Part shown: positions 1 to 13,486 of the stretch, piece after piece | How the letters are laid out: every line of letters begins with the position of its first letter | Position numbering within the stretch: position 1 is the first letter of the stretch | DNA from: Camelus ferus | Taxonomy: Eukaryota | Reading direction: 5' to 3' | Assembly (NCBI RefSeq): GCF_009834535.1 | Contig: NC_045696.1 | Coordinates: forward strand, 83,330,001-83,394,000 | DNA length: 64,000 bases | Position numbers and translations under genes: made by a program | The notes under the pieces: model-generated | Seen by the model: only the letters and a program-made list of their open reading frames with translations | What the model was told of the DNA's origin: nothing | Databases searched by the model: none

Positions 1-2519
1 GGAGATGTGTCCTTTATTAATTTTGCATATTTACAGATTAAACTGTCCTAAGTGGAACAAAGTAATATCATTTATAAATAGAACATGTACAGATATGAAA
101 GTCAATTAAGGAAATACAGAATAAGTCTTTATTGGAAACAACTTTCGTATTTCTCTAAGTAAGCCCACCAAAATCCACGGCCAGGAGGTATGTAATATAT
201 ACTTGGCAGAACTTGCCTTTCCAGCTTAAATTTTTATGCCAAGGATCCAGGTCTTCAGAATTCTGATTGAGAAAATAAAAAGCAATTCTGCAATGGTTCC
301 TCTGGTCTAAGAGATGACAACGCCTATCAACACCCCCATGCCCGCTCGACCCTCCCAGCAAAGTAAAGAGTAGAAGACAGACCAGTACAAATGACAGGCA
401 TCAGCTCACCAAATATAGCCTACAAACGAATTTTCAGCAAAGATGCAATGCATGCATCCAAGTATTAACAATATATATTTTATTTACCTCAGTTTCTTTA
501 CTTCTCTTCATCCTGCCAGATGGGTTATTTGAAGCAACTCCAATCTCCTACACAGGAAAGTTGAATTCTGGCAGATCACTAACTAAAGATTTTTGGCCCT
601 ATAGGCAAGCAGCTGTGAGTTGAGCTGGGTGTGTGAAAAATACATGGTTAGAGAGAGGGTGGGTAGATGCCAAAGCATAAATGAGGCCCCCGCAAAATCG
701 ATACTCTTGTCCTTGCAACCCCATACATCTCTCTTAGCCTGGAAGGCATTATCCCAAAAGTATGGGCAACTGACAATCCCAGCCGGAAGGGTCAGGGAAG
801 AGGAGGTATATCCTTAAAGAGGAAGAAGCTACATATATGCACAGTGTGTTAAAAATCATTAACAGAAGCATCAAATCATTTTTGGTCAATCTGCTTCCTG
901 TCCTTTAGAAAGTTCTGAAAAAATTCCCATTGAACCAGAAATGTAAAATGATTATGAATTTTATGTTTCTCATTTGTTTCTGTCTGTAATAAGATAAGGT
1001 TGCCTTGAAGTTTTTGTTCTCTGAAAGGCTTGTGGTAAACATAAGTGGCTTTCTTTCTCTCAAGACCGTGGGTGTTCTCACAGCCTCTGAAACCAAGTAT
1101 GGGTCGCCTTCCTGTTCTGCACCAGGTCTCACCCACGCTTGATTTCATGGGCCAGGAGAGCATATCCGGCAGCTCCTACAGAGGTCTGAAGTCGAAGAGT
1201 CAGCAGGAGAAGGCAGAAGAGTAAAGCAAGAGGGGATATAATACAATCACTGGATAAATAACATTTGACGAAAGAGCCACTAACAATGGCTCAGAGGAAG
1301 GTATTTCTGGTGCAATTTTCCATTCAGATTATCCATACTGTCTCCAACATAATTTGCAGTGACAGGTAAACATCCAACAACTCTTGAAATTTATTTTGTA
1401 TATATTTCCTTACTGCCTATTTTCTGTCATTTGGGAAATTCAGCTGCACAGTCTCATCCATGGGACTTTACACCAATCATTCTAAACTTGAGTGTCTACC
1501 TTTCTCCACCATCAAACTGCATTTACAAAGTACGCTTTTCCATACAGTCCTTCTAACGTTGAGTACATCTGTATGAGCCACCACAAGCAGAAGACACAAA
1601 AACACAACTGAAGATACATTGCCAATGCATAAATCCACTGAACTTCCTCATAATACCTAACGCTCCACCTAACAAATTTGATTTAGAAAATGTAGTGCTT
1701 TCAAAAAAAAAAAAAAGCGTACTATATAATTTCAAGAAATTCTAAAGACTGAGCAATTTCTGTTAATTTAGGATGTTACAAATGTGCATCGCAATCTTTC
1801 AGTATAAAAAGGAAAACAGAAACTGAGTAATAGAGAAAAACCACACTGACACGACACTTAGTTCTAAATTAGCAAAAGGCAATTATGGTCCAGACAAGAG
1901 AATCAAATAAAAATAAAACATAGATTCCTGACAGCAGCCCAGAAATCACCTGACTCTATTCCTTGCCTGCTCCTGTTCAGTTCTACTCCCACTCCCTACG
2001 CAGCTCCATCTCACTGTGTCAACCCTTGCACCAGCATTTAAACCCGGTGTTTACATTTTGTATCTTAGCTTTGATCCTCAGTGCTCTCTAAAGACTCTGT
2101 GTTATACTAGCCTCTTTGGCTTTTACATTTCTGGCTTCCTGAGACAGAAAAACCCACCTTGTCTAGGTCTCTCCCCTCCACCATAATCACCATGACCACC
2201 ACGCACTGCTCCAACACACATACGGGAGCTCAGAGCCTGGTGCAGACACCATGCCTCTCAAGTACACCAGCCTTGAGGGACAGAGCACCACTATTAACAG
2301 TTTCTAGCTCTTAACAAGTCCACCGGACTTTACTTCTCAAAACACTATGCTTTAATTCGCAAGTGGCATTTTGCCAACATTAACTTCTTTGTAGAAACTT
2401 TCATGTCAAGGTAGCAGTTGCTCAGAGGGCACAGGCCACGTAATAATTCCATGGGCCCATCACGAACACCTGATGTGGGGTGGAAGAATGATGCTACAAA
2501 AGAGAAAAAGGGACTTACC

Positions 2520-3035
2520 AAGTGGACAGTTAAAACAGAAAGGGCCTTCCAAGAAGAAGGAGAAGGGTGTTCAAAGGCAAGAGGTATGAAAGATTCAAGA
2601 GCTTCTAGAGGTTCATTACCACCAGAGAACTAGAGGGAGGGGCTTGGGTAGAACTGCAGAAAACTGGAGAAAGATTAGGCTTAGAAAGGCCACGCTGTGA
2701 ACAGCCCTGAATGCAATGCCAGAGGATCTGGATGTTTTACCAGTAAGTGGTGGGATCCTAGAGACTAGTTAGAAAGCTGTTGCAATGTCCAGGTGCAAAA
2801 TGAGGAGGTCCTAAACTTAGACTTGCCGCAGTGAAGGGCAAAAGAACACTGAACATCAACAGAGCTTGAAGGCTGGGTTTTGGGGTGGAGGGAAGATGCG
2901 TGATGGCCCCTGGGTTTCCAGCCCATCTGAACGTGTGGATTGAGATGCCATTTACTGAGAATAAACAAGAAAACATAAAGAGATTTAAAGACAGTAGATA
3001 AAGAGTTTGATTTTAAATATGGTACACTTGAAATA
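2520..3035 (-). mobile_element. L2 LINE fragment (ancient, antisense)
   Basis: Resembles antisense L2 3' region (aagctgttgcaatgtccagg; gagatgccatttactgag; gagtttgattttaaatatgg). Boundaries approximate. Confidence 0.6.
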
Positions 3036-5319
3036 ATAGATTTGAAAATCCTAGATTTTTAAACCAAAAGAATAGCCAAAACAATCCAAGGACAGCATGG
3101 AGAGACAGTCATGACTGGAGGGCAGAAAAACAAGCACTACCAATTTAAGGAGAAAGTAAAGGGGAAAAAAATCAAGAAAAAAAGAATGCCAATTTTTGCA
3201 TAGGCCATAAGAAGTTATACGATTATATTAGAAATATTTTAACGCTTACTAAGATTTTTATATTGTTTTATCAAATCTCAGTTCTTAACTGTATTTTGAT
3301 ATTGACTTAAAAGATATTTACCTTTTTGTTATTTGGAAAGCTTAGTTTATAGCAAGATTGCAAGCATTCCCAACCATACCCATACGGGATCATAAATGAA
3401 ATAAATATGGCAATATAGTTTTATATTGATTTCCATGCTATATAATTACTTTGATGACCTCTAGTAATCATTCACTCCTCTTTACACTAGGGCTTGGTGT
3501 AAAAATTGCTCTCCCCATATTTACTCAATAAGATTCCTCCATGAAATCAATTAGGGAAATAAAATAAACTTGTAAAACTCATTTATGTGTACATATCACA
3601 GAAGAAGAAGATCTTTCCTTGTTCTTGTTTATTCATCATCTTTACTTCAGGATGTAACACTGCCCATAATCAGAGTTGGGTTTCAGTATAATTCTTGATA
3701 AATGTAACAACTGAGCAGATATCTTACCTTGCCTGGGGCTCTGTCCTCCCCACTTCATTGCTATTCACTGTACTACACAGTTTACATACAGATCAGTCTC
3801 ATCAGCTTCTGCATTATGCACCCTAACATCATTTCCAAGAAAGTTTGATGCAACCTTTTTTAAAAACAGGTGGCCATTACGCAGAAAAACAGAGCTTTAC
3901 TACACCCCCCTGAGACACAGATGAAAGGCACCACAGGGGGCTGTCAGTATGTGAAGAGTGATCAGTCACATAATCTTTACTAAACACAGCACACAGCCCA
4001 CCTCAAAGAACTGGGAATCCTTAAACACAAAAGGCCTTTTGCCACAGATTACTTTAGATTTAGCTTCAGGATCAAAGGGGTAATTTCATTTTATTTTATT
4101 TTTAATCCTCAGCCTTAATGTAGAGTGCTTTCCTCAGATGGACTTTTTCATCTCAATGCTTATTTTTCTATCCTAGAGACTTGGGTTGAAGTAAACAGAC
4201 TCAACATACAGAGATAGCTTCATTAAGCCATTTTTCTGGATCCTCCAGTATAAATCAACTTTTATAACTCTAACTCCAAAGATTTCATGTCATCTTAAAT
4301 CTCTGAATGCCTGCACGTATTCTTTACTCCACCGGTAATTACTTTTTAAGGGGGAAAAAAGAAACACTACCTGCTTGATGGTTTCACCCAGTTTGAGACA
4401 TTAATCTTTCACTTCAAGCACGGCATGAGATCAGTATCCCCACTCACAATCAAGTCTTGATTTGGGATGACAGGGTTGAACCATCAAGACACTGTTTTTA
4501 ATCAGCCACTTTTAAAGGTCAACAAATGAATAGTCCGATTATTTAGTCCTTTGTGAGTAGCTCAGAAAAAACACTTACTCTGTTTGCTATGGAAAATAAT
4601 TAATGAGAAAAGAGCTTTGCTACTATCAAGCAAAACTGCAGTGGCCTCAATATACAAGCTGCATTTCTATCCATCCCAGATTCCTCGGGAGCCTTGTAAA
4701 TTCCCCAACTGGCTAACAATTCTCTCCTACATAAAACAGTCCAACAGGACAAATGGTTTGCATACTATTTGCAGGTATGTTTTTCCATTTCCTGGGGGTA
4801 ATATATTTAAGAATTATTAAGGAAGGTACCATAGTCCCTTGCTCCTCTGAAAAACCTCACTGACTTTTAAACAATATGCTTTCAGCTCTAGCTATAAGTG
4901 AGTTGAGAATAATCCCAGTTGGGGAAAGAGAGTACAAATTACAAACCTCTAGTTATGAATTTTGTTCTTTTAAACAGAGAACACAAAATGCATTTGGTAT
5001 ATGAAAATCCTTTTATCATTATTGTATCTCTGGCCAGTCCACTTTGAGTTTCGATTACTTCCACCAGCTCAAAATAATGTGCTGTCATTGGGGCTATTTT
5101 GCCTTGTACTAATCTATTAAAAAATTAGGAGCCCCATCAGAAAATTAGGACACTTTCTCTCCTATCCAGTCAAACAGAAAGGTTAATCATTTTCCCACCC
5201 GGAGGCGCTGTCAATTTATCAGCTCTTGCTGGAGGCTCCTGTCCAAGCCCAGTCTTTCTACACTATGCCCCCAAACCTCATTATTTCAAAGCATTCCTCC
5301 AAATCTCTAGCCCTTAAAG

Positions 5320-5487
5320 CAGTGAGTGGTCCTAAATCCCGGCTGCACATTGGCCTCTCTGGGGGAGCTTTTACAAAATACGGATACCTAGAAATTCTGA
5401 TGTAACTGGGCTGGGGTAGGACTTGAGCATCAACATTTTTATAAGCTCCCCAGGCGATGGAAGGCACAGCCAGGTTGAGAACCAGTG
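5320..5487. mobile_element. MER5-family hAT-Charlie MITE
   Basis: Ends cagtg...gagaaccagtg with MER5-like interior. 8-bp TSD ccttaaag (5312-5319) / ccctaaag (5488-5495), the length typical of hAT. Confidence 0.85.
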
Positions 5488-5949
5488 CCCTAAAGCAATC
5501 TCCTAGTAGTCCCAACATCCATTTTCACAGCCTACATCCCCAGACTGTAGATTTAACCACTTCCCCTTCACACACACATAGAACCAGAGGTTGAAGGATT
5601 CTGCTCTTCAGTACTTTCTGTCAAGTAATTTGAATAATCTCACATTTTCTGGATGCAAATAGAAGAGTATTTCTACAGTCAAAGAACATATTTGAAGGAA
5701 AGTGGTGGAAAAAAAAAATAGCAAGAAGAAACAAGTGCCCATTATGTACACTCTCAACTATTCAAGTAATTTGCTTTCTCCAACCAAATTTCCACAGACC
5801 TTCCCCCCATGCCTACTATTTCTCATCACTCATCATCACTGATTAAGAAGAAAACAACAAAGGCACACCTTGTCTGGGTAGACAACAAGTGGAGGTTGTG
5901 TGCTTTAGAGATGTGTGGTAAATTATTACACCAGCATATCCTAACGAAC

Positions 5950-6417
5950 CGCGCTATCCCATTGCCACATCCTTCGCAGAGTGACTTTACACTCTGTCCA
6001 TTGAGAAGCAGACTCAATTTTTCCACCCCTGTGATTTGCTTTTACCAAGAGAATCTGATGGCAGGCTGAGCCTTAAGAGAAATACAGCTTCTGTTTTTAC
6101 CGTTAGAATGTTTCCATGATGATGTGAAGAAATGCAGTCTAGCTTATTAGATACTGAGGCAATGTAGCGGAGAACCAGGGTGCCACAGCCAATAGCCAGC
6201 GTCAACCTCCAGGCATGTGAATGTGATGCTTTGGGACTCCCTGGCCTCAGATAAGTTGTCAAATTTCTCCAGCTTCACAGGTGAGCTCCAGCAGGGCCAC
6301 CAAAAGAACCCACCAGTTGAGTTGTGCCCAAACTGCAGATCATAAGCCAATAAATGGCTGCAGTTTAAAACTAGTAAGTTCTGGGGTGATTTGTTATGTA
6401 TGGAGAGATAACTGATA
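5950..6417 (+). mobile_element. MLT1-type MaLR solo LTR (MLT1G/H-like)
   Basis: Typical 3' end: aataaatggctg...ctagtaagttctggggtgatttgttatgtatggagagataactgata. 5' boundary approximate. Confidence 0.75.
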
Positions 6418-7035
6418 TGGAAATTTATGTAATATTCAAAAGAATTGATTACTCTGCTTGCTTTCGTCTATGTAAACTGCATACAATTTACAAGTAATAC
6501 ATTTTTAAAGTTGCATCTTTATAAGTGTTTCACAGTTCAATCTCTCCCCATTACATTTCATAAAAATCATACATTTACTTCTCATTTTTTCCCATGATTA
6601 CTTGTAGGAAAAAAAAAAAAAACCTGCTATAGCCATCTCTAAAAAAGTCAAGAAACAAATTAGCCCGAAGTTCTTCTATAATTACTAAATTGTATAATTC
6701 ACTTCATTTCTCCCTAGAGAACAAGGTATAAAAAGGAAAATTCCAGGAGGGATTAAAGCAAAATTGTTCTGTTGCTGAACCTAAGGATATTTCCAAGCTT
6801 GGATACCTCTGATAACTTCTACAAACCATTTCACTAACTATTCCACCTAATAGAAAACCTCCTCAGAAACCTTTCTACAAAAAGAGTGGTCGCTGGAACA
6901 TGTCACAGACATTCCACTGGAACCTTCCTTCAGCAGAGATGTAGGTTATGGCTGTAGGGAAATGTGACTTTCTGGCCTCTTTCTTTTCTATTTTTGGTTT
7001 TATATTGCTTTGCAATAATTTGGGGAATAACTAGC

Positions 7036-7541
7036 TCCATTAGTTTCCTATTGCTGCTATAACAAGTTATACTTAAACAACACAAATTTATTCTTTCCAG
7101 TTCTAGGGGCCAGAAGACTGAAATCTGAGTTTCGCTGAGCTAAAGTCAAGGTATTGGAAAGGCCACGCTCCCTCTGCGACTTGAGAAAAGAACCTTTTTC
7201 CTCACCCTTTCCAGCTTCTAGAGCGGCACTCCTTGCTTTCCTTAGTTCACGGCCCCTTCCTCCACCCTTAAGGCCAGCAGCACAGCATCTTCACCTCTCT
7301 CTCCGCTTTCATCATCACATCCCCCTTCTCCTCTCCTGTGGTCTCATCTCCCTCTGCTTCCTTCTCATAAGGACCCTTGCGATTACATCTCTGAGCTCCC
7401 CTGGATAACCCAGGACACTCTCCCTATCTCCAGATTTTAATTTAATCACATCTGTAAAGTTCCTTCTCCCATATAAGGTAACATACTCACAGGGTCAGGG
7501 GATTTGGATGCGGACTTGGGTAGCATTATTTAGCTTATCAC
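7036..7541 (-). mobile_element. MLT1D-like MaLR solo LTR
   Basis: attagtttcctattgctgctataacaa...ttaatcacatctgtaaagt...aaggtaacatactcacagg matches the reverse complement of the MLT1C/D consensus over its full length. Confidence 0.85.
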
Positions 7542-8689
7542 TCTGTCTTTGGTTCTGTACTGTTTAGTCCTGGGGTCAGGATTCTTCAAGTAAGTTCTGT
7601 GTTGAACCAGCTCAACTGAGGCACAGTAACAAAAACCCTTTGTTTACTCATCCTACACAGTACAGACTAAACTTCCCCCTTAAACCAAGAAATAATTAAA
7701 CCATCGATTATACTCAGCTAAAGCCAAAATCTGGTTGAAAAGCAGAGCAAAACTGGTCACTGAGATGGAGCTGTTCATTTCTCTAACAATTTATTCTAGT
7801 TAAGAATATGATTATCATTATTTTTTTTTTTTTTTGCCAAGTTCAATAAAATCTTCATCTGGAATGGTTGCTTCAGAGAATTCTGGGTAAATACTGCTTT
7901 TTGTTTCAATTCGAACACAAACACAATTCGGTGGCATTCTATTTAACTTTAAGTTTCATTTTTAATGTATTCTTACCTAACCTAACAAAATTTTCATTTT
8001 ATTAGCAATATAACAACAAACTCACATCATAAGTTTTCCACTGACAATGTGGCCTACTTGAAGGCATCATAAACTTATAAGCACAGATTTATAATTTATA
8101 CATTATTTAAAAAGAAGATGCCCTTAATACATTTTATCTTCAAAAGAAAGTAATATATTTCAATGGAAAATTATGTTAGTAGAGAGAACAATTTAAGCAT
8201 GTGTGCAGAAGTATTTCGACCATATAACTAGATTATAATATTTACATGTATGAAATATCATTGACTCAGAAAATAAGTAATAATCTCTGCTAAAGTGAAT
8301 ATTTCATAAGGGAAATCAGATAAAGAAAACAAAGCATTAAATGCAAATACTTGTGAGAATGATAGGGAATCAGATGTGCATTAAAACATCTTATTATGGA
8401 ATAAGATAAGATAAACTTAAGAACATTATCTAAAGTAACCACATTCAAAAGTAACAGTGTGCAAATTAACTGTTTTCACTTAACAGTAGCTCTTAGACTG
8501 CTTATTTTTCAAGTTATAAAAGTAAACGATAAATGGTTCTGGTGGTTTTAGGAGTATGTAATTTGGGGAAGTTAATATTTGAAGTCAAAATGCCCTTAAC
8601 CAAAGGTTGGAACTGATAAATGAATTAACAGCAGTTACTGTATAATGAATTTAACATTTTAAAAGCAAATATTGAATGGTTTCTTCTTA

Positions 8690-11020
8690 CTAATGGTAGA
8701 AGAAACTCTGATAATCTTTCTCCCATTCCTTCCCCAAATCTCACTTAAATGAAAATAAAGGAATCAAGTATGAACCCAGAAGTACACAGACAAAAGGAGA
8801 TGCCCATCAGTGGACAAGAGATGACACCAAATTTTGGAAGAAAGAAGGTGGACAGAAGTGAGGTTACTGAGTTAGCCAGACAGACAGACTTCACTGTCTG
8901 AGGCGGGGAAGTGGCTTTATCAGGAGGGCGGAAACCAAGCTCAGGTGCACAATCCTGACAGACTTAGAAATTAGTTACCAGAGACCCTGGAAGTTCAGGG
9001 TTCGGGGGAGGACCAAAAGCAGGATCGTTTTCTTAAGCCCACATCAGGATATGCAGACTCTCAGATCCCACGGTCCACTCAGACTGCTAATTGCTCTTTC
9101 CACATCCTAATCACTCTTCTACCTCTTCTTAATGTAAACGTCCAGAAGACGAAATTTATTTCCTGGAAAGATTCAGGGACACCAGCAACGTGTGGGAGTA
9201 AAGTACTACACTGAAAACAAGGGTTAAATATACTAGTCCATATTGAATGAAAGCAGAGAATTCTTTTCTGGGGAAACTAAGTGGCCCAAACAAACAAACA
9301 AAAAAGGCCTAGAGATTCTGACATCTGGATGCCCCCCCGACCCCTGCAAAAATAAAAAAAGTCTAGTCCTTGTCCATTTACCCAAAGATGGCTTCCTTCT
9401 CTCTCTCTCTCTCTCATCAGCCTTTTCTGTACTGTGTGGTACCAAGGTTAGGCCCCCAAACAAAAAACCTTGTGAAAAAACAGTGCAAGAAGCAGCAGCT
9501 AAACAAGTGTGCATGTGTGAGTGTGTATGTATTTGCACATGTGTATCTTTAGACATAAAAGAAGAAGAGAGATTGCAGATAGTGCACCTACATAATTTGA
9601 TCAGGAAATTATAAACAGAAGCACTTAGAAAGCAAGAAAGAATATTTAGGAATTAAAATGATTGCCCAAAAAAATCCAATTAAAAGATTGGAAAAATCTC
9701 TCAAAGAGTATACTTAAAAAAAAAAAATGATGGAAAACAGGAGACCAAAAACTTATATACAGTAGAGAACCAATCAAGGAGATCAGCATCTGATTAATTA
9801 GGGTTCCAGAAAGAAAAAGGAAAATAAAGGACCAGAAATGATCCAGAAAAACAGAGTATAATTATCCCATATCAAAGGCATGCATTTCTGATTAAAAGAG
9901 TCAGCCAAACACAGAGCACATGTGAATGAAAAAGGCTCACATCTAGATACTGTATTGTGAATTTCAGAACATCAGTTAAAGAAAAATGAAAAAGCTTTTA
10001 AAAATAACCAGTCATACATGACAGAGACTATCATACTTCTCAGACTGGAAGGTAGACAAGCATAGAATGGGGCACTGCCTGCAAAATTCTGAGGGGCAAC
10101 TGTGTTCAACCTAGAACCCCGTAACTACCATATGATCAATTACATGTGGGGATATAAGATGACCTTCTGAGACAGTGAAGATTCCCAGGAATTTACCCTT
10201 TAATCAGTCTTTCTCAAGAAGCTACTGAAAAGTGTTCTCCCTGAGAAATACTTAGCCAAGGAGATTCAGATAACAGGGGACCCAATACAAGAGAGAGGCA
10301 GAGGAAGTTCCCAGGGCAACGATGAAGAGAATTCCCAAGCAAAAGCTGTGCTACAACCATAGGGGAAACCCACCCTCTGGAGCAGTAGGTTGGACCACCC
10401 CGAAAGAGCTATCTCTAACTAGGACTGTTAGATTCCTTTCTGTGTTTGACCTTATTGAAGGGAGCCTGTAAGTTTTCTTGGAAAGTTTGCATTAAATTAG
10501 TGATAGTTACAGAGAAAAATAAACAAATGAGAAAAATGAAGCAATTTCTGACTCCAAAAATTAGTCAGAAAAGAAAAAAATGTAATCATAATGGTACACT
10601 AAATGGCTTACCTATGATCAATATTCATACAGTTATATAAATACTGAATATTGATTGAATGAAAACACATGACATAAATTTTGGGAGAATGGAGGAGAGA
10701 AAAAAGGTATATAGCAAAAGGTGGAGATAGACAAAAAGAAAGCTCAATTCTCATTTTCTCTACTGGGAAGACAAACAACTGGAATAGAAATATCAGAAAA
10801 TAGCAATATGGTTGTATTATTCAGAAACACAGAATTACATATGAGAAAAAATAGCTATGAAAGACAGAAATTAGGTCCAGTCTAGGAATAAAGACTAAGG
10901 AATGAGACAGGTGGGTCAGTACAGAGCTTTTCTAAAAAAATAAAAATAGGTCTTTTATTACTCTTTGAATTTTGAAACTATGAACATGTACAATTTTCAT
11001 AAAATACAAATACATTTTTA
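8690..11020 (+). mobile_element. HAL1 (half-L1) element, near full length, decayed
   Basis: ORF1-like A-rich region (9570-10250) followed by the HAL1-type segment cagggga cccaatacaagagagaggcagaggaagttcccagggc and an AT-rich 3' end. No ORF2-like region. Boundaries approximate. Confidence 0.7.
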
Positions 11021-11573
11021 TAGAAAGCTAACATCTAGTAAAATCCTGTAATCCACTAATGGCCAGCTCTTTTCAATGCTTGTGTTCAAGGGAGTAATTC
11101 AAACATGTTTTGACATTGTATACCAAATGTCACTCGATTCATTTGTTTCCGAGCATTTCTATGACTGCAATTGCAATTTTCAGTGGCTTCAAGATGGCTC
11201 TAAGATAATTCCAAAGCTTTCAGCATAAACTGACCCTTTTAAACAACTGCGCATAAATTTTCTCAGACTCAAGCTGACCAAATGGCAATCCAAATGAAAC
11301 ACAAACAGGATGTTAATTTTGCCTTATTGCTCAGTGAGCGTGAGAGAAAACAAAGCAAAATACAACCACCCCTCACACCCTTGGAGAGAACAGTTTCCCA
11401 CTGGGATGATTATGTGGACAAAATGTATGAATCCAATGAAGAAACAAATGTGTATGTCTGTGATGTGCCAGGCACTGTGCTGGATAAACAGAAAACAGAA
11501 AGATGCATCAGATGCAGACAGTGCATTTGAGGAGTCTGTAATCAAGGAACCTGAAACGCTAACTTCTGACACT

Positions 11574-12655
11574 CAGTTAGAAGCTCTCTTAACTGAGTTC
11601 TATTTACGTGACTTGCCAGACTCCCCCTCAGTCTCCAATTTCTTCTTGAAACACAATGCCGATGTCCACGGCATGTTAGTGACTACTCTTTCACCATTGG
11701 TTTCTTCACCCACCAGTTGAGTTGTTTGCCTGTGAAGGCGAGGAAAAACACTCCTCTACCCTCTTAGGTTCAGTAGCTGGATCTATAAAATAAACTGACA
11801 AAAGACAGATAAACAAGGGAAAAACAAACAATTTATTAATGTGTACACGGTACATACACATGGGAGAACTTGGTGATGAGTAACTCAAACAGGTGGTTAG
11901 AACTCACGGTTATATGGAATCTTAACAAAGAGCAGTAGTTTTGTAGAAATGTGACAAAGCAAAGAAAAAGGAATTGATATTTTAAGGGCGGCCAATTGTA
12001 GGAAGGTAAATATATGGGGAAACTAATGGTAGATAAAGGCTAGTTAGTAAGGTTTGTTTGTGTAGATTTTTTCCTGGTGCTGTCTTGTCTACAGTGATAA
12101 AGCTGGTACTCTTTTTTGGTATGGAAATGAGGGGGGAGCATCTTCACAAGAGTCATTTACATTCTTCTTTTAGAACATAATTTATAATTCTATAAATTTG
12201 AGTAAATATTATAAACATTAATAAAATATGAGTGTTAAATTAGGAAGAGCTAGTTGAAAGTTTTGAGAAAACTTGCTAAAGGTGGATAGTTGAAAAAAAC
12301 ACTGTTGAATTAGGTATGGAAAAAACCCTGAAAACCTAAAAGGATTTTTCACAGATAACTCTGCAAGCATCTTTTACATTCTCACTTCTTTTTCAAGAAA
12401 ATGAAACTGGATATGGAGAGGACACAAAATGGATGTGGCTTTTGCTAAAAAAATACAACACAGAACAAACAAAAGAGAGCCAGTATTCAAAGAAAAGTCT
12501 TACTTCATTACTAAAAGTATATTCGTATGTCTTAAGTTAAAATAAATGCTATAGGTTGCATGTAGTATTAACTTTGGATTCCATGCTCTAAGCAACATAT
12601 TTATTACCCAGCTAACTACTGGTCCTAATCTTATTGAATGAGAGAGCTTCCTCTG
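11574..12655 (+). mobile_element. TcMar-Tigger DNA transposon (Tigger15a-like), interrupted by an LTR
   Basis: Inverted termini cagttagaagctctct (11574) / agagagcttcctctg (to 12655). Tigger-like interior 12200-12600. Confidence 0.65.
11731..12175 (-). mobile_element. MER34-family ERV1 LTR (partial), nested in the Tigger element
   Basis: Reverse complement (aataaattg...atctgtcttttgtcagt...actgaacctaagaggg...ccttcaca) aligns by eye with the 3' part of the LTRs at 19074 and 21780. Confidence 0.75.
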
Positions 12656-13266
12656 TTTGTAGAAGTCACTTGGACCCCCAGGGGATGTGTTTATAATGGA
12701 TTCTCTTGGAGTGGTGACAGATATGCTGTTCCAGTCACATTCTTCCCCCTAATATCTCCAGCCATGTTCAGCAAAACTAATTGATAATGTGCATTTCCAA
12801 GGCGGCTGGCTAAGCTTAGCAAAAAAAAAAAGGCCCAATATTAAAGATTTTACATAAGATCTCACCCTTTTGACAACTATTTTCCAAACCACTGAGCTAA
12901 CTATTAACATAGAAAAAAGTAAATTCTAATACAGAAAAAAAAAATGATGCAGATCCTTAAGAAAAGAAACATAGACTAGAATATTAGAACATGGGGGTAG
13001 AAAGAGCTTTAGATGCCATATGAGCTATAAAGTTCATTAAGCATAGAAATATACCCAAAACTGAAGAGAAAAGAAGGACATTTCTAAGGGCCCATGGCAG
13101 TATGAATTATTTTCTGAAGGCAATGGAAAATGTGTCATCTCCAAACCTTACCTAGTAGGTCAAAGGCCTTGAGTTCAGCCATCATGAGGAGAGGTTTTTA
13201 AGCTATAGTATATTATTACACGTGACAACTTGGTTTTCCTTGAAATGATTCAAAAATGAAAGTTAA

Positions 13267-13397
13267 AGGTGGGGAGGGCATAGCTCAAGTGGTAGAGCAT
13301 ATGCTTAGCATACACAAGGTATTGGGTTCAGTCCCCAGTATCTCCCCTAAAAATAAACAAATAAATAAACCTACCTACCTATCACCCCCCTTTCAAA
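13267..13397 (+). mobile_element. tRNA-Ala-derived SINE (camelid Vic-1-like)
   Basis: ggggagggcatagctcaagtggtagagc (A box)...gggttcagtcccc (B box-like), then an A-rich tail. 16-bp TSD caaaaatgaaagttaa (13251-13266) / caaaaatgaaaattaa (13398-13413). Confidence 0.88.
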
Positions 13398-13486
13398 CAA
13401 AAATGAAAATTAAGAGACATATTATGGTAGACAGCTTATATTTTACTTTCTTTGAGTCTTTAATTATGTTTAATTAAATTAGAATA

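Noticed and set aside
9243..9614. 123-aa ORF and overlapping ORFs
   Set aside because: Inside HAL1 and built partly from CT/GT microsatellites.
11310..11720. 136-aa ORF
   Set aside because: Runs through repeat-derived sequence into the Tigger terminus; no recognisable domain or convincing splice context.
13271..13345. Possible tRNA-Ala gene
   Set aside because: Degenerate B box and stems, A-rich tail and a TSD mark it as a SINE.
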